From the IMG/VR virus record IMGVR_UViG_3300034685_000230, positions 1-64,000 of that record: DNA of 64,000 nt. One strand, given 5' to 3'. Below, piece by piece: positions 46,655-57,183 of this stretch. How positions within the stretch are numbered: the stretch's first letter is position 1; the number at the start of each line of letters is the position of its first letter. This DNA comes from a virus. Position numbers and translations under genes: made by a program. Below the pieces are notes generated by a model. It did not search any database and was not told where the DNA came from. It was given only the letters and a program-made list of their open reading frames with translations.

Positions 46655-49600
46655 CTATATAGTGCACGTTGGGCACGAAGTACCAAAGTGCATAAACTCC
46701 TCGATAGACGGGCTCTCCTTAACCTCCTCACAGTCATCCTCTGCAAGCTTCCTGCTGTCGTACAGCGACAGGTAGTACTTGTTCAAGTCGGCGAGCATCT
46801 TGCTAGCCGCGTCTGGGATACTCTTAACAACGATCTCCTTTCCCCTTAAAGACTTGTAGAACCAAACCTCGGACCCAGCTATGTCGCTCAGCGTGCTGAC
46901 TAAGTCCTCAATGTCTACTCCCGAGCGTAGGGCTAAGCTTATGACTCTACCCAGAGCCTCGGTTATGGACTTTAGGATACTCCCTGACTTACCTATCGAG
47001 ATAAACGTTTCGAACATTCTCTTATCGTCGTCGAAGTTTGCCGTTATGTAGATTGAACCGTACGGGGAGCTACACTTCGTGGTTACTCCCTGCACGAACT
47101 GCGGCCGCGGCCTGACCCTCCCCTTCTGACCCCCTGACTCATCCCTGTCTATCTTCTTAATCGGTTGCCCGCTACGCGAACCGTCCCTGTATATCGTGAC
47201 TCCCTTGATACCGTTGTCGAAACAGTACTCGTAAATTTTTCTAACGTCATCGACGGTTGACTCACTCGGCATGTTAACCGTCTTACTTATAGCGCTGTCG
47301 ATGTACGGAGCGAAGACGGCAACCGCCCTAACGTGCTGCTCAGGCGTGATGTCGTGAGCCTTGACTAGCAACCCCCTCGCCTTGTTCTCCTCGTTGTACA
47401 GCCGGTGGTAGTACGTTAGCTGCCGCCTCTCAGTGGGAGACACGACAACGTCTCTAGTCCACTCGTATGAAAAGTTAGGCTCGATTCCCGAGCTTGTGTT
47501 TAACAGTATCGATATCGTCCCGGTAGGTGCGATCGACAACCTTCTCGAGTTTCTCAAGCCACCCTTGCCCCTCTCAGTACTGAACACCGACTTAAACAAC
47601 TCTAAGACAAGCTCGTCGCTTACAATGTAGCTTCGGTCGTTGTACACGCACGCCAGTGCGTTCTTAAAGGACACGGGTAAGTCGGAGTTAGGGATAACTT
47701 CGCTTACTATACTGTCTATACTACTACTCGATATATCCGAGCCCCTCACAACCCTAGTTAGGTAGTTTCTCTCACCGCTCTCCTCGTCGAAGTGTGGGTA
47801 GGGTCCCTTCAACAAGGCTATGGCTGCGGATGCTATCAGGGAGTACTCGGCTAAAATTCTAGCAACACTCAGCGAGAACTCCTCGAACTCCCTCGAACCG
47901 TACTTAATCCCCATCATAATGCACGCGTCTGCCAACCCCATGATACCCAGTCCGACCGGGCGAATGTCCTTAGTATTCTTCTCTATCTTCTTCAGCGGGT
48001 AGTTTGTTACGTCAATAACTAAGTCTAGGTAGTACACCGACCGCAAGACCTGGTCCTTAAACTCCTTGTAGTTGAAGCTACGGTTCTCGTCTACGAACTC
48101 AGCTAGGTTGATCGACCCAAGGTTGCAGCTAGAGTCGTTAGGCAGCGGCTGCTCACCGCACTGCAGGCTGTTGACAAAGTACAGCTCCGAGTCGGTGCTG
48201 GTAGGTAGTACCGTGCAGATGTTGTGGTACTCGTCTACGGTACCGTTGTAGACCGTTTCCTTACCTATGTAGCTTATGCTTATAATCCTATTGTTGTAGT
48301 GCTGGGACGGTTTTCTCACCCTACCGTAGTCTTCCAACGGTAGCGGTTCCTCTAAAAGCTTAGCTTGTGCTTCACCCTTACTGTATTTACTAATTGATTC
48401 TTTTTTTTCTAATTGTTTATTTAGCTTAGCATTTAAATCTATACGACGTTTAGAAAATCGTTCTTGAATTTCTTTTCTTTTATCAGCTATTAGTTGTCTT
48501 CTTTCTTCACGTGTAGTACTACTGTTAGTTTTAAGAACGGCTAGTTTATGCCCACACTCCGAAGAACATGCGGAAATTTCTCTTCTATTAAAGGGAACGG
48601 TAAACTTTTTACCACAAACTTCACAGTATTTTTCTACGTAAATACTATTCTCGTTAATAAAACATTTTAAATCAGTGTACTGCTGGCATACTTCTAACTT
48701 TTTAGCCAACCTGTCCTGTAAATACCTATCACGTAGATTACTTATTTCTCTTTTAATATTGTCAACCACTGTATTATTATCAATATTAGTATATTTTTGT
48801 CTAAGTTCTGAACTTTGATTAAAATTACTCTTAATGGCTTCTCTTGTTTTTTCCTGAATTTCTAACCTATTCAACTCCACATCATGTAAAATTTTGCTCC
48901 CTACCCACAAGCTGTCGCCTGCGCGCAGCTCTGAAACCTCCTTGTACTCACCGCTCTCCGTCTTAAACTTGTGGTCCCCGGTTGCTTTGATAACGGAGCC
49001 GTCAAACAGTTTGATTTCATAAACATCCTTATCGTAGCCGGTAACCCTCGGGTTTCGCATTGTCTTGACAACGATATGGTTGTCGCTGTTCAAGCAGTAT
49101 ACCGGTACGTCCTTACCCTCCTCGGCTAGCTGCTTAAACGCTACGGCGTTTCTACCGTCGGCTGTCGCTACTAGGGTGTCACCCGTCAAGCACGGGTTTG
49201 TAGCCTCAATACGATACCTCCCGTCACTCTTGAGCAAGTTGTCCCGGTTTGCCGTGTCGATAAAGAATAACCCAGGGTCTCCGTTCTTATGCGCGTTTTG
49301 ACAGATCTTGTCCCACAGATTTCTCGCCTTAACGGTCTTTACCACGCGGCCTGAAGCTGGAGACACTAGGTCGTACACGCCGTCGCTTCTCAAAGCCTCC
49401 ATAAACTTGTCGTCCACGGCTACGGAGATGTTGAAGTAGTTTAGGTTACCGTCGCTTTCCTTACATGAGACAAACTCCTCGATGTCCGGGTGGTGCACGT
49501 TAAGGATTCCCATCAGCGCCGCGCGCCTCTTTCCACCCTGAACTACACTCGAACCCATCGCGTTCCAGTTGTGCATGAAGGAGACCGGACCCGAAGCCCT

Positions 49601-50224
49601 GCCGCCGCAGCCGCCGGCTATCAGCGCTCCCTTCTCTCTCAAGTTTCCAAAGTTAGCACCGACCCCGCCGCCAAACTTTGAAATTATCGCAGCGTTCTTA
49701 ACGCTGTCGAATATCCCCTCGATCGAGTCAGGAACCTCAATGGTAAAGCACGCGAACATCATCTGGTTCTTACTGTAATTCTTAGAAATCTTTTCATACG
49801 TGTCTCTTATCTCTTCGTAATTCTCTCTAGCAAGTGTCTTGTAGAGGTACTTACTCAGCGCTTTGTTTGAGCTGATTCCAACGCCGGCCGAAAACAAAGT
49901 TGGGGAGTTAAACAAAAACCTGTGACTCATCATGTCGTTGTATATACTGTTCTCTATGTTTAGCACGTACTCTAAGTCCTCGTCAGGCATGCCTTCCCTG
50001 TACTCCCCGGCAGCGACAACCCTCGCGACTCTCCGGCACAGCTGGGAGTAGTTACTCTCCCTTTGCCCGTCGGGTAAGTCCATGAAATACCTTAGCTTCA
50101 AAACTTCCTGAGCGTTCTCGTCAACCTCTTTGTTCATGGTTACTAGCGGTGATGGCTGCGCAAACACCCTCTCCCTGTACAGCTTGCTTAAGGAAGCACT
50201 GTCCGTAGGCAACGTATACTTCAC
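46655..50224 (-). CDS. nrdJ: class II (B12-dependent) ribonucleotide reductase with intein and TSCPD domain
   Basis: FNSPTL, FACF, GGGVG, QGGKRRAALM, TNP|CGEQPL, CNLGSINL, IAPTGTIS, SAISKTVNMP, KGVTIYRDGSR. Confidence 0.93.
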   Translation of the reverse strand: MKYTLPTDSASLSKLYRERVFAQPSPLVTMNKEVDENAQEVLKLRYFMDLPDGQRESNYSQLCRRVARVVAAGEYREGMPDEDLEYVLNIENSIYNDMMSHRFLFNSPTLFSAGVGISSNKALSKYLYKTLARENYEEIRDTYEKISKNYSKNQMMFACFTIEVPDSIEGIFDSVKNAAIISKFGGGVGANFGNLREKGALIAGGCGGRASGPVSFMHNWNAMGSSVVQGGKRRAALMGILNVHHPDIEEFVSCKESDGNLNYFNISVAVDDKFMEALRSDGVYDLVSPASGRVVKTVKARNLWDKICQNAHKNGDPGLFFIDTANRDNLLKSDGRYRIEATNPCLTGDTLVATADGRNAVAFKQLAEEGKDVPVYCLNSDNHIVVKTMRNPRVTGYDKDVYEIKLFDGSVIKATGDHKFKTESGEYKEVSELRAGDSLWVGSKILHDVELNRLEIQEKTREAIKSNFNQSSELRQKYTNIDNNTVVDNIKREISNLRDRYLQDRLAKKLEVCQQYTDLKCFINENSIYVEKYCEVCGKKFTVPFNRREISACSSECGHKLAVLKTNSSTTREERRQLIADKRKEIQERFSKRRIDLNAKLNKQLEKKESISKYSKGEAQAKLLEEPLPLEDYGRVRKPSQHYNNRIISISYIGKETVYNGTVDEYHNICTVLPTSTDSELYFVNSLQCGEQPLPNDSSCNLGSINLAEFVDENRSFNYKEFKDQVLRSVYYLDLVIDVTNYPLKKIEKNTKDIRPVGLGIMGLADACIMMGIKYGSREFEEFSLSVARILAEYSLIASAAIALLKGPYPHFDEESGERNYLTRVVRGSDISSSSIDSIVSEVIPNSDLPVSFKNALACVYNDRSYIVSDELVLELFKSVFSTERGKGGLRNSRRLSIAPTGTISILLNTSSGIEPNFSYEWTRDVVVSPTERRQLTYYHRLYNEENKARGLLVKAHDITPEQHVRAVAVFAPYIDSAISKTVNMPSESTVDDVRKIYEYCFDNGIKGVTIYRDGSRSGQPIKKIDRDESGGQKGRVRPRPQFVQGVTTKCSSPYGSIYITANFDDDKRMFETFISIGKSGSILKSITEALGRVISLALRSGVDIEDLVSTLSDIAGSEVWFYKSLRGKEIVVKSIPDAASKMLADLNKYYLSLYDSRKLAEDDCEEVKESPSIEEFMHFGTSCPTCTI
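48161..49192 (-). mobile_element. intein (344 aa) at the RNR active-site NP/CGE position, ending in Gln
   Basis: Starts CLTGDTLVATADG; block B ATGDHKF; block F VYNGTVDEYHN; ends NSLQ, followed by Cys+1 (CGEQ). Confidence 0.9.
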
Positions 50225-50305
50225 TCCTTAAAAGTTTAATGTTTCAAGCGCTGTTAATTCTAAAATTAAACTAAACCACACAAACCTACGATCGGAGTTG
50301 GTTAA

Positions 50306-50923
50306 GTGGTAACAGAGTTTAACTTTATCAAGAACCTTGAAAAAAACTACGACCTGCACCCGGTCGTCTGCTACTACTGCGGAAAACCCCTCCCCTTCAA
50401 AAAGTTTTACAAACAGCAAGATGTACCAAAAAAGTTTTGTAGTAAAAAATGTAAGAATTCCTACATTGAAGAAACACGCGATATCGTAGAAACAACCGAA
50501 GAGTTCTCCTCTCAAACCGAAAGAGCCATCTATACCTTCCTAACTATGCAGTACCCCAACTACATAGTAAGACACAACTTGAGGGACGTGTACCCACCCT
50601 ACGAGATAGACATGTGCGTTGAAACTAATAAATTTCCCATTTATCTAGAGTACAACGGGACGTTCCATCAGCCTAACTCTCGTAAGAAACAGCTAAATGA
50701 CAAGATAAAAAAAGACGAACTCTGCGTTCGAAGACAGCTAAAGCTAGTTCGCTTGTGGAGCGAAATCGGAATCTACTCTAGACCCTCTGTGTTTAATGAA
50801 GCTCTTAAAAAACTAAAGGAAGAAATTGATACACTCATTAAGAATAATATAAGCGGCGGTAAGTGTATAGAGATAGTTGTCGACAAGAATGAAGAGTTTC
50901 ATAGATACACCGAAGAGTTTTAG
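50306..50923 (+). CDS. free-standing homing endonuclease (Vsr/DUF559-like) with N-terminal Zn finger
   Basis: CYYCGK..FCSKKC; SSQTE..YEIDM..LEYNGTFH..D..K..LVRLW; divergent from nrdJ. Confidence 0.7.
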   Translation: MVTEFNFIKNLEKNYDLHPVVCYYCGKPLPFKKFYKQQDVPKKFCSKKCKNSYIEETRDIVETTEEFSSQTERAIYTFLTMQYPNYIVRHNLRDVYPPYEIDMCVETNKFPIYLEYNGTFHQPNSRKKQLNDKIKKDELCVRRQLKLVRLWSEIGIYSRPSVFNEALKKLKEEIDTLIKNNISGGKCIEIVVDKNEEFHRYTEEF

Positions 50924-50936
50924 AATTTAAGTTAAC

Positions 50937-51404
50937 TTAACCTACAGGTACACTATTCTTCTTAGCTTGCTCCTCTACATATTTCTTACCCTTTCGAATA
51001 GCTACTACTCCCCACCTCGCGTCCCTGTAGTCAATCCACCAGGACGCTCTGGTTTCCTTTAGTAGCTCTGTAAGACCCAGCCTTGCTAAAAATTCCTCCT
51101 GCGTAGACTTTTCTTCAGGGTTGAGTTTGTAAACTTCCAACTGCTTCTCTATTGCTTTTATCGCTTCCATCCTGATCTTAAGCGCCCAGTCGACTTGCTT
51201 TTTGCTCCCCGTTAGTTCGGGGAGTTTCATCTCCCTACTCTTTTCCTTAGCTTCCTCTAGTTCTTTCTCACGCTTCTCGGCCTTACACCCGTCGCACAAC
51301 CAGTAGTAGTGCTCCACCTTGTAGTTCCTATCCTTCATCTTACCGTACAGCTGTACTTCAAACTCTTTCCTACACTCGCGGCACTCAACCTTTGTCCACG
51401 CCAT
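50937..51404 (-). CDS. hypothetical phage protein
   Basis: CREC..CDGC; LPELTGSKKQVDWALKIR..ASWWID motif. Confidence 0.65.
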   Translation of the reverse strand: MAWTKVECRECRKEFEVQLYGKMKDRNYKVEHYYWLCDGCKAEKREKELEEAKEKSREMKLPELTGSKKQVDWALKIRMEAIKAIEKQLEVYKLNPEEKSTQEEFLARLGLTELLKETRASWWIDYRDARWGVVAIRKGKKYVEEQAKKNSVPVG

Positions 51405-51452
51405 TCCAAATCTCCTCCATTCAGTTTATACACTACCATTTATTGCAACAGC

Positions 51453-52337
51453 TTACTCGTAATTCCTTATCACTACTTCATCAACTTCCCTGTACTTTCC
51501 ATAGGCTAAATTAATTGATCTTCTAGCTCGAACCATGGTAATGTTGTAAGCTGAGTACTGTTCCCTTATAAAATCCGTCGCAGAGTTTGAGAGCATAAAC
51601 TTAATCCCTCTTTTGTTTAAATTATCACAAGACTCACGTAACCTTACCTGATCATCTCGAGTAAACCCACCCGTTGAGTACCCCGTGAAGTAGGACGCGT
51701 TCGAACCACGGTCGTACGGCGGGTCAAGGTAGACAAACGTGTCTTTAGGTAGTAACTCTAGAACTTCTGCAAAATCAGTGGAGGTTAAGTAAATCACCGC
51801 TTTGTTAAAGTAAGTACTCACCGCGCGCAGTGCGGGAGCGTTTACAATGTTAGGGTTACGGTAGTTAGCAAAGGAAGCGTTAAACTCACCGGCGCTGTTA
51901 ACCCTGTACAAACCGTTGTAGCAGGTCTTGTTGAGGTAAATCATGCGGGCAGCTCTTTGCACGTCTGATAGAGTAGAGTACCTCACTTTATCCCTATCCC
52001 AATCTCTGACAGAATAAAAACAATCAGCATCGTTCTTAAACTCTTGCAAAACTTTAATTAGAGATTCTACGTCTTCTTTTATAACCTTGTACGCGTTGAT
52101 TAAATCAGCGTTTATATCGTTAACATACGCTACACTAGGCTGTAAGGCAAAAAGCAGCGCCCCACCGCCGACAAACGGCTCACAGTATGTAGTAACACGC
52201 TGCGGAAGAAGGGGTGTTAGAGTGTTTAACAACCGCTGCTTACCACCAAGCCACTTTAAAACGGGAGCGACTAACTTACTTTTATCCGCTGCAACCTTCT
52301 TCTCCATAATTGTATACTTCACACGGTTAATTAACAA
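51453..52337 (-). CDS. dam: Dam-like (D12 class) N6-adenine DNA methyltransferase
   Basis: LKWLGGK, YCEPFVGGG, NKTCYNGLYRVN, YLDPPY. Confidence 0.88.
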   Translation of the reverse strand: MLINRVKYTIMEKKVAADKSKLVAPVLKWLGGKQRLLNTLTPLLPQRVTTYCEPFVGGGALLFALQPSVAYVNDINADLINAYKVIKEDVESLIKVLQEFKNDADCFYSVRDWDRDKVRYSTLSDVQRAARMIYLNKTCYNGLYRVNSAGEFNASFANYRNPNIVNAPALRAVSTYFNKAVIYLTSTDFAEVLELLPKDTFVYLDPPYDRGSNASYFTGYSTGGFTRDDQVRLRESCDNLNKRGIKFMLSNSATDFIREQYSAYNITMVRARRSINLAYGKYREVDEVVIRNYE

Positions 52338-52483
52338 TATTATTAATATAGCTAGTTACTATCTGTGTACACGTACACCTAACATAAAACTGTATCACTT
52401 TAAGCCAAAACACCGCCAAGCGTACGCGGTAGAGTAAGTATCCTTTCGTTAACACGTGTATTTCCCCTCTCTACCAGTTAGAC

Positions 52484-53134
52484 TCAGTCTATAATGTAGA
52501 GAACATTCATAAACAAGTCAGTTACGTTGTCTAAATCCACACCGCTATCTAACGTGTCTCTAACGCTCAGAATAGGAAAGTATAACAGCATAGCGTTCTT
52601 AACGGTGTTTCCAGCCGTTAGTCGAGACACACCCGCTAGGGATCCATATACGTCCCCCGCTTCAACGTTACCTACCGTTTTAACTAGTGTAGAAATTGTT
52701 TGTACGCTCGGCAACCAGTTGTTAGACTTACTGTTAGTGTTAGAAGGTTTAAGCGTGTCAGTAATTCTATCTGCAGCCTTGTCAGTCAACTGCAGGTACA
52801 AGCTGTCGCCAAAGTCGTTGTCTAACAGCCTGTAGAAGTAAGCGTGAACCTCTCCGACACCAGCTAGTACCTCATACTTATGCGTGTACACACCTACCCG
52901 GTGCATTGAACTGCCAACCAGAGTTAACTCACTGTAGTCATTTCTATGTAAAGCCGCGTACGCTATATATGTAGTAAACTCTCTTACATTTTTAATGTAA
53001 TACTGAACGTTTGGCTCACTCTTACTGAATACATAGCCGGTGTTGTCACCCTGGTCTACGTACGCGACACCGGCGTACGCTACGCCTGTAAACACTAGTA
53101 AAAAACACGCTAGCAGTATGAAAAATTTTTTCAT
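52484..53134 (-). CDS. secreted protein with Sec signal peptide
   Basis: MKKFFILLACFLLVFTGVAYA; paralogue of 53214-53660. Confidence 0.65.
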   Translation of the reverse strand: MKKFFILLACFLLVFTGVAYAGVAYVDQGDNTGYVFSKSEPNVQYYIKNVREFTTYIAYAALHRNDYSELTLVGSSMHRVGVYTHKYEVLAGVGEVHAYFYRLLDNDFGDSLYLQLTDKAADRITDTLKPSNTNSKSNNWLPSVQTISTLVKTVGNVEAGDVYGSLAGVSRLTAGNTVKNAMLLYFPILSVRDTLDSGVDLDNVTDLFMNVLYIID

Positions 53135-53213
53135 AACTCTTACCTCCCCTTCGAACACTGAGCTAACCCACACCTACTAGAATTATAACACACACCGCTG
53201 CGAGTGTACACCG

Positions 53214-53660
53214 TTAGAATTCAATCATTTCGGTAAACCCGTCTTCAGGAACCTCGGGTAGGCCGTGCTCCTCTATGTAGTCCTCAATAATCTTAATGTC
53301 GTTCGCGGACAGTACCATGTCTTGCTCAAACAAGTATCCGTCACCCATAGGGCGGTAAAGCTGTATGACAACCAACCCCTCACCGCACAAAATCTCGTAC
53401 TTATACAAGTGTTTTCCTATATAATACGCCTGGTCTGTTACGTAAATAAAGTGATCATGCTCATTTCTAAGCGCTACTGCATACACAACATATACATAAA
53501 ATTTATACAAGTCTTTAATGTAATACCTAGCGTTTGGATTATCCTCGTCGTATAAGTAGCCGAAGTTGTTTCCCTCGTCTACTAGTGCAAGGTCGGCAAA
53601 CACCGGCGTTGCAAACGCTACTAACAACAAGCAAATTACGAGAGTCAGTACTTTTTTCAT
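53214..53660 (-). CDS. secreted protein with Sec signal peptide
   Basis: MKKVLTLVICLLLVAFATPVFA; AGGAGGAG RBS. Confidence 0.7.
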   Translation of the reverse strand: MKKVLTLVICLLLVAFATPVFADLALVDEGNNFGYLYDEDNPNARYYIKDLYKFYVYVVYAVALRNEHDHFIYVTDQAYYIGKHLYKYEILCGEGLVVIQLYRPMGDGYLFEQDMVLSANDIKIIEDYIEEHGLPEVPEDGFTEMIEF

Positions 53661-53731
53661 ACCTATCTCCTCCTATAATCAATTTAAGTTTATTTAATTA
53701 TAATACACTGTATGTAATTTGTAAACTAGTA

Positions 53732-55330
53732 CTATTCAATACTCAAGTCCGGCCTGAACACCGTATAGTCTATCTCGTCAACCAGCTCGCTTACGTAATT
53801 TAGGTCAAAAAAGCGAGCGCTGTCAAACTTAGACACGCTCCTGACCCACTTGTTGTACAGCAGCAGCTCGTGTAGGTACTCTCCGGCACAGCTTGACTCA
53901 ACGCCGAACTCCGCGTTCAACACCGGTAGTAGTTCACGCAGGTAAATGCTTCCAGTTCTAAAGTACTCGCTAGTCACTAACTCAGCGGTGCGAAGGTTTC
54001 TCTCTAAGTCCCACTCGGGTAAGTAAGACATCACTAAAAGCTTTCTGTACTGGTCATGAAACTGCTGGCCGTAGCGCTCCAGTACGTAGGCTAAGTTGGC
54101 TTTTATTTTCGCGTCAGCCTCAGTAACTAGCCTGTTATAGTAACCTAAATCACTTTTTGGAAAGGCGTACTTACTGCACAGCGCTACCTCGTCCTCTACA
54201 AACCTTCCCAGTATTAGAGCCTGGTAGTCTACGCCGACCCTTATCTCAACGTCCTCTAACTCAGAGTCTACCAACCGGTTAAACTCACTCTCTAAGTCCG
54301 TGTAGCAATCCTCAACGGGAGACTCCCTCAGCCACGTAGCGATACCGACCTCGTGCTGACCAAACCTACCGGCTCTACCGGTGAGTTGGTGAAACTCCGA
54401 GGGTCTTAGGTACCCGATACCAGGTTTGTAGACTTGCGCTATCACCGCGTACTTTGCCGGTAAGTTTACCCCCAGCGCTAGGGAGTCCGTACCGATAACG
54501 GTGTCGACAAAGCCGTTTCTGTACAAGTACTCGATAAACATTTTTTCCTTAGGCAGTAGCTTACCGTGGTACTTTGAAACACCGATCTCCCACTCTGGGA
54601 AAAAGTTAACACGGTACTCCGACGCTAAGTCGGATATCTTTCTTATCTTCTTGTCGGAAATTCTTTTCCTACACCCGTAAAGCTCGTTAATCAGAGTTCT
54701 AATAGCCTTACGCGAAAAGCAAAAGACTAAGGCGTCCCTAACCTTACTCAGCTTAACGCCCCTTCGGTTGACCTCCAGCGGTACTAGCCTCTCCTTCGAA
54801 GTTGCTAGGCAAAACTTCCTGTCGGTTAGACCCTCAACGTACTTCTTAATCTCCGCCGGCTTGCTGCACGTAGCTGACATTAAGAGCATGTCGGTCTTTC
54901 TACTGGTGTTTGTGATGGACTCAGTGTAGCAGCGGGCCCTGTCCTCGTTGTTGAATATGTAGTGAAACTCGTCAATGACTACGTACGACGGGACCTTGTA
55001 GTAGTGCTGGTAGTAGATTTCCTGCGTCATGCAGAGAACCTTAGCCCTTGGGTTCCACTTAACGTCACCGGTGATTAACCCAACGTCCAACCCTTCCTTC
55101 TTCAACTCTCTGTACCGTTCGTTAGACAGAGCCTTGATCGGTGCGGTAAAGATTATCTTTCGAAAGTCATCGCTCAGAATGTTCGCCCAGGTATACGCGA
55201 TCAATGTCTTGCCCGAATTCGTGGGCATCACCACGAGGGCGTTCTTATTCTTTACTCGGTCAATGATTCTTCTCTGAAACTCGGTGGGCTTAAGCTCGTT
55301 GCCGATTAGGTTTTTCATAGAAGACCGCAC
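53732..55330 (-). CDS. Ski2-like SF2 helicase
   Basis: PTNSGKT, APIKALSNE, DEFH, MSAT, LALGVNLPA, QLTGRAGR. Confidence 0.88.
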   Translation of the reverse strand: MRSSMKNLIGNELKPTEFQRRIIDRVKNKNALVVMPTNSGKTLIAYTWANILSDDFRKIIFTAPIKALSNERYRELKKEGLDVGLITGDVKWNPRAKVLCMTQEIYYQHYYKVPSYVVIDEFHYIFNNEDRARCYTESITNTSRKTDMLLMSATCSKPAEIKKYVEGLTDRKFCLATSKERLVPLEVNRRGVKLSKVRDALVFCFSRKAIRTLINELYGCRKRISDKKIRKISDLASEYRVNFFPEWEIGVSKYHGKLLPKEKMFIEYLYRNGFVDTVIGTDSLALGVNLPAKYAVIAQVYKPGIGYLRPSEFHQLTGRAGRFGQHEVGIATWLRESPVEDCYTDLESEFNRLVDSELEDVEIRVGVDYQALILGRFVEDEVALCSKYAFPKSDLGYYNRLVTEADAKIKANLAYVLERYGQQFHDQYRKLLVMSYLPEWDLERNLRTAELVTSEYFRTGSIYLRELLPVLNAEFGVESSCAGEYLHELLLYNKWVRSVSKFDSARFFDLNYVSELVDEIDYTVFRPDLSIE

Positions 55331-55373
55331 TTTCTAAGTTGGTTTGCTTTATATTGACTAACTGTAAGTTAAC

Positions 55374-57173
55374 CTAACTCACGGACTCAACTCGAGACGT
55401 TTTGTCTTTCTTTACCACTAGAATGTGCTTAACGTTTGTAGCGCTGTCTATATCCTCGATAGGTAGCGGGATGTGTGATATTACGAAAAGGTCTACCCGG
55501 TGCCTCCTCTGCACGTCGAGCAGGGCCTCGGTCACAGCCTTTATACCTGGGTAGTCTAGGGAGTCAAACACCTCGTCCAGTATAAGAAACTTAGGCATGT
55601 TCGGGTTTAAGTGGGCGGTAAACTCATACAGGGAGAGCATCATAGCGATGTCAATCCTCTTTCTCTCCCCCGAACTCATCTGCCAGTAATTAGTCTCAAA
55701 GTTGTCCTTGTACAGAAGAATGTCTATCTGCCCGTCGTCGTCTATCTCAATCTTACTGAGGATCTCGTTGTTGTAGAGCTTTGAAATGTAGTAGTCAAAG
55801 ATGTCACTCAGTATGTTGATGTACTTTCTAATGATAGCGCTGCGGAGTAGGGACTTGGGCGCGAAGAGGTTGTACCAGTAGTCTAGGTTCTGCTTCCAGT
55901 TGCTTCGAATACCGATAGCCCTACCGATAGCCTCTAGCTTTTTCTCGTACTTATTCTTGTCGACACCGCTGTCGCTACTACTCTCTAGCTCTTCAATCTC
56001 CTTCCTTACCTTTTTAATCTCTGCCTGAACGTTATTTACACTCTGTTCGTTTAGAACCTTGTCGTTGTTAATCTTATTCAGCTGTTCCCTCAACTCACTC
56101 TTACTCTTAGCTACCTCAGTCTTTTTCTTACTAACGCTTTCTACTTCTTTCAAAATTTCTTCTAGCTTGACTGAAAGCTTACTCAACTCATCCTTGTACT
56201 GCTCGCTTATCCTTTCAGTGTGGTTCCTGGGTACGTACTGCTTGCACGTCGGGCACTCGATGTCAACTAGCGAGTCTATCTTCTTTAATTCCTTCTCAAG
56301 CTTGTCCATACTCTTTCTTACGTAGCTAGCGTTGCTCTGGCAGTCTAGCAAGCGCTTGTCTAGATCCTCTATCTCTTTGTCAAGAGTCTTTATACTTGTC
56401 TCTAGCCACTCGGTGTCTTCAAACTCTACGCACTTTAGGTCGTCTAACTTACTAGTTAACTCTAGCAGTCTAGACTCTAAGTAACTCTTGTACTTACCCT
56501 TGTTTTCATCCACTATGTTTATAATCTCTTCGATATTCTTATAGCTGTAGGTTAACCTGTCTAGATACTTTTCGTTTAAGTTTTTAAAGTCCTTAACCTT
56601 GTTGTAGTAGTCGTCTATTATGTTTAGATCTATTATGTTCTTAAAAAAGTCTAAACGCTGCCCGTAGTTCATAGACAAGAGGTTAACGTTGTCCCTGTAA
56701 TACACTATGACCTGGGAAAACACCTCGGGTAAAATGTTCACAAACAGCTTGATGTCCTTGTCGGACAGCCTCTTCGTCCTCTTTGTCTTTTCCTCACCGT
56801 CGATTAAGACACTCACGGAGCTAGACCCGTCGTACTGCTTGATCCTAGTTATGACAAGGTTCTTCGGACCGTCGTCCGTATTGATTAAGTACTCTACCTC
56901 GTTAAACATGTCCTGCGCACCGTACTTAACCATGTCGTTAAGCCGTACCTTCTGCTTTGTCCCCCTCAAGCCCTTACCGTATATGTTGTAGGTTACGGAC
57001 TCGCCTATGAGGGCGGACTTACCGCTGCCGTTGCTAGCATCCTCACTGTCGCTGTCGTAGTTAACACCGCTAATGATATACAGGACCGGGTCGTCGCTGA
57101 CACTCCGCACTAAGTCTAAGTCAACACTACTAAACGACAGAAAGTTTCTAAGCCTTATACTCTTAATGCGCAT
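55374..57173 (-). CDS. Rad50/SbcC-like ATPase (gp46-like)
   Basis: NGSGKS, zinc hook CPTC, MSSGE, LILDEVFDSLD, ISH. Confidence 0.9.
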   Translation of the reverse strand: MRIKSIRLRNFLSFSSVDLDLVRSVSDDPVLYIISGVNYDSDSEDASNGSGKSALIGESVTYNIYGKGLRGTKQKVRLNDMVKYGAQDMFNEVEYLINTDDGPKNLVITRIKQYDGSSSVSVLIDGEEKTKRTKRLSDKDIKLFVNILPEVFSQVIVYYRDNVNLLSMNYGQRLDFFKNIIDLNIIDDYYNKVKDFKNLNEKYLDRLTYSYKNIEEIINIVDENKGKYKSYLESRLLELTSKLDDLKCVEFEDTEWLETSIKTLDKEIEDLDKRLLDCQSNASYVRKSMDKLEKELKKIDSLVDIECPTCKQYVPRNHTERISEQYKDELSKLSVKLEEILKEVESVSKKKTEVAKSKSELREQLNKINNDKVLNEQSVNNVQAEIKKVRKEIEELESSSDSGVDKNKYEKKLEAIGRAIGIRSNWKQNLDYWYNLFAPKSLLRSAIIRKYINILSDIFDYYISKLYNNEILSKIEIDDDGQIDILLYKDNFETNYWQMSSGERKRIDIAMMLSLYEFTAHLNPNMPKFLILDEVFDSLDYPGIKAVTEALLDVQRRHRVDLFVISHIPLPIEDIDSATNVKHILVVKKDKTSRVESVS

Positions 57174-57183
57174 CGAGTCACCC

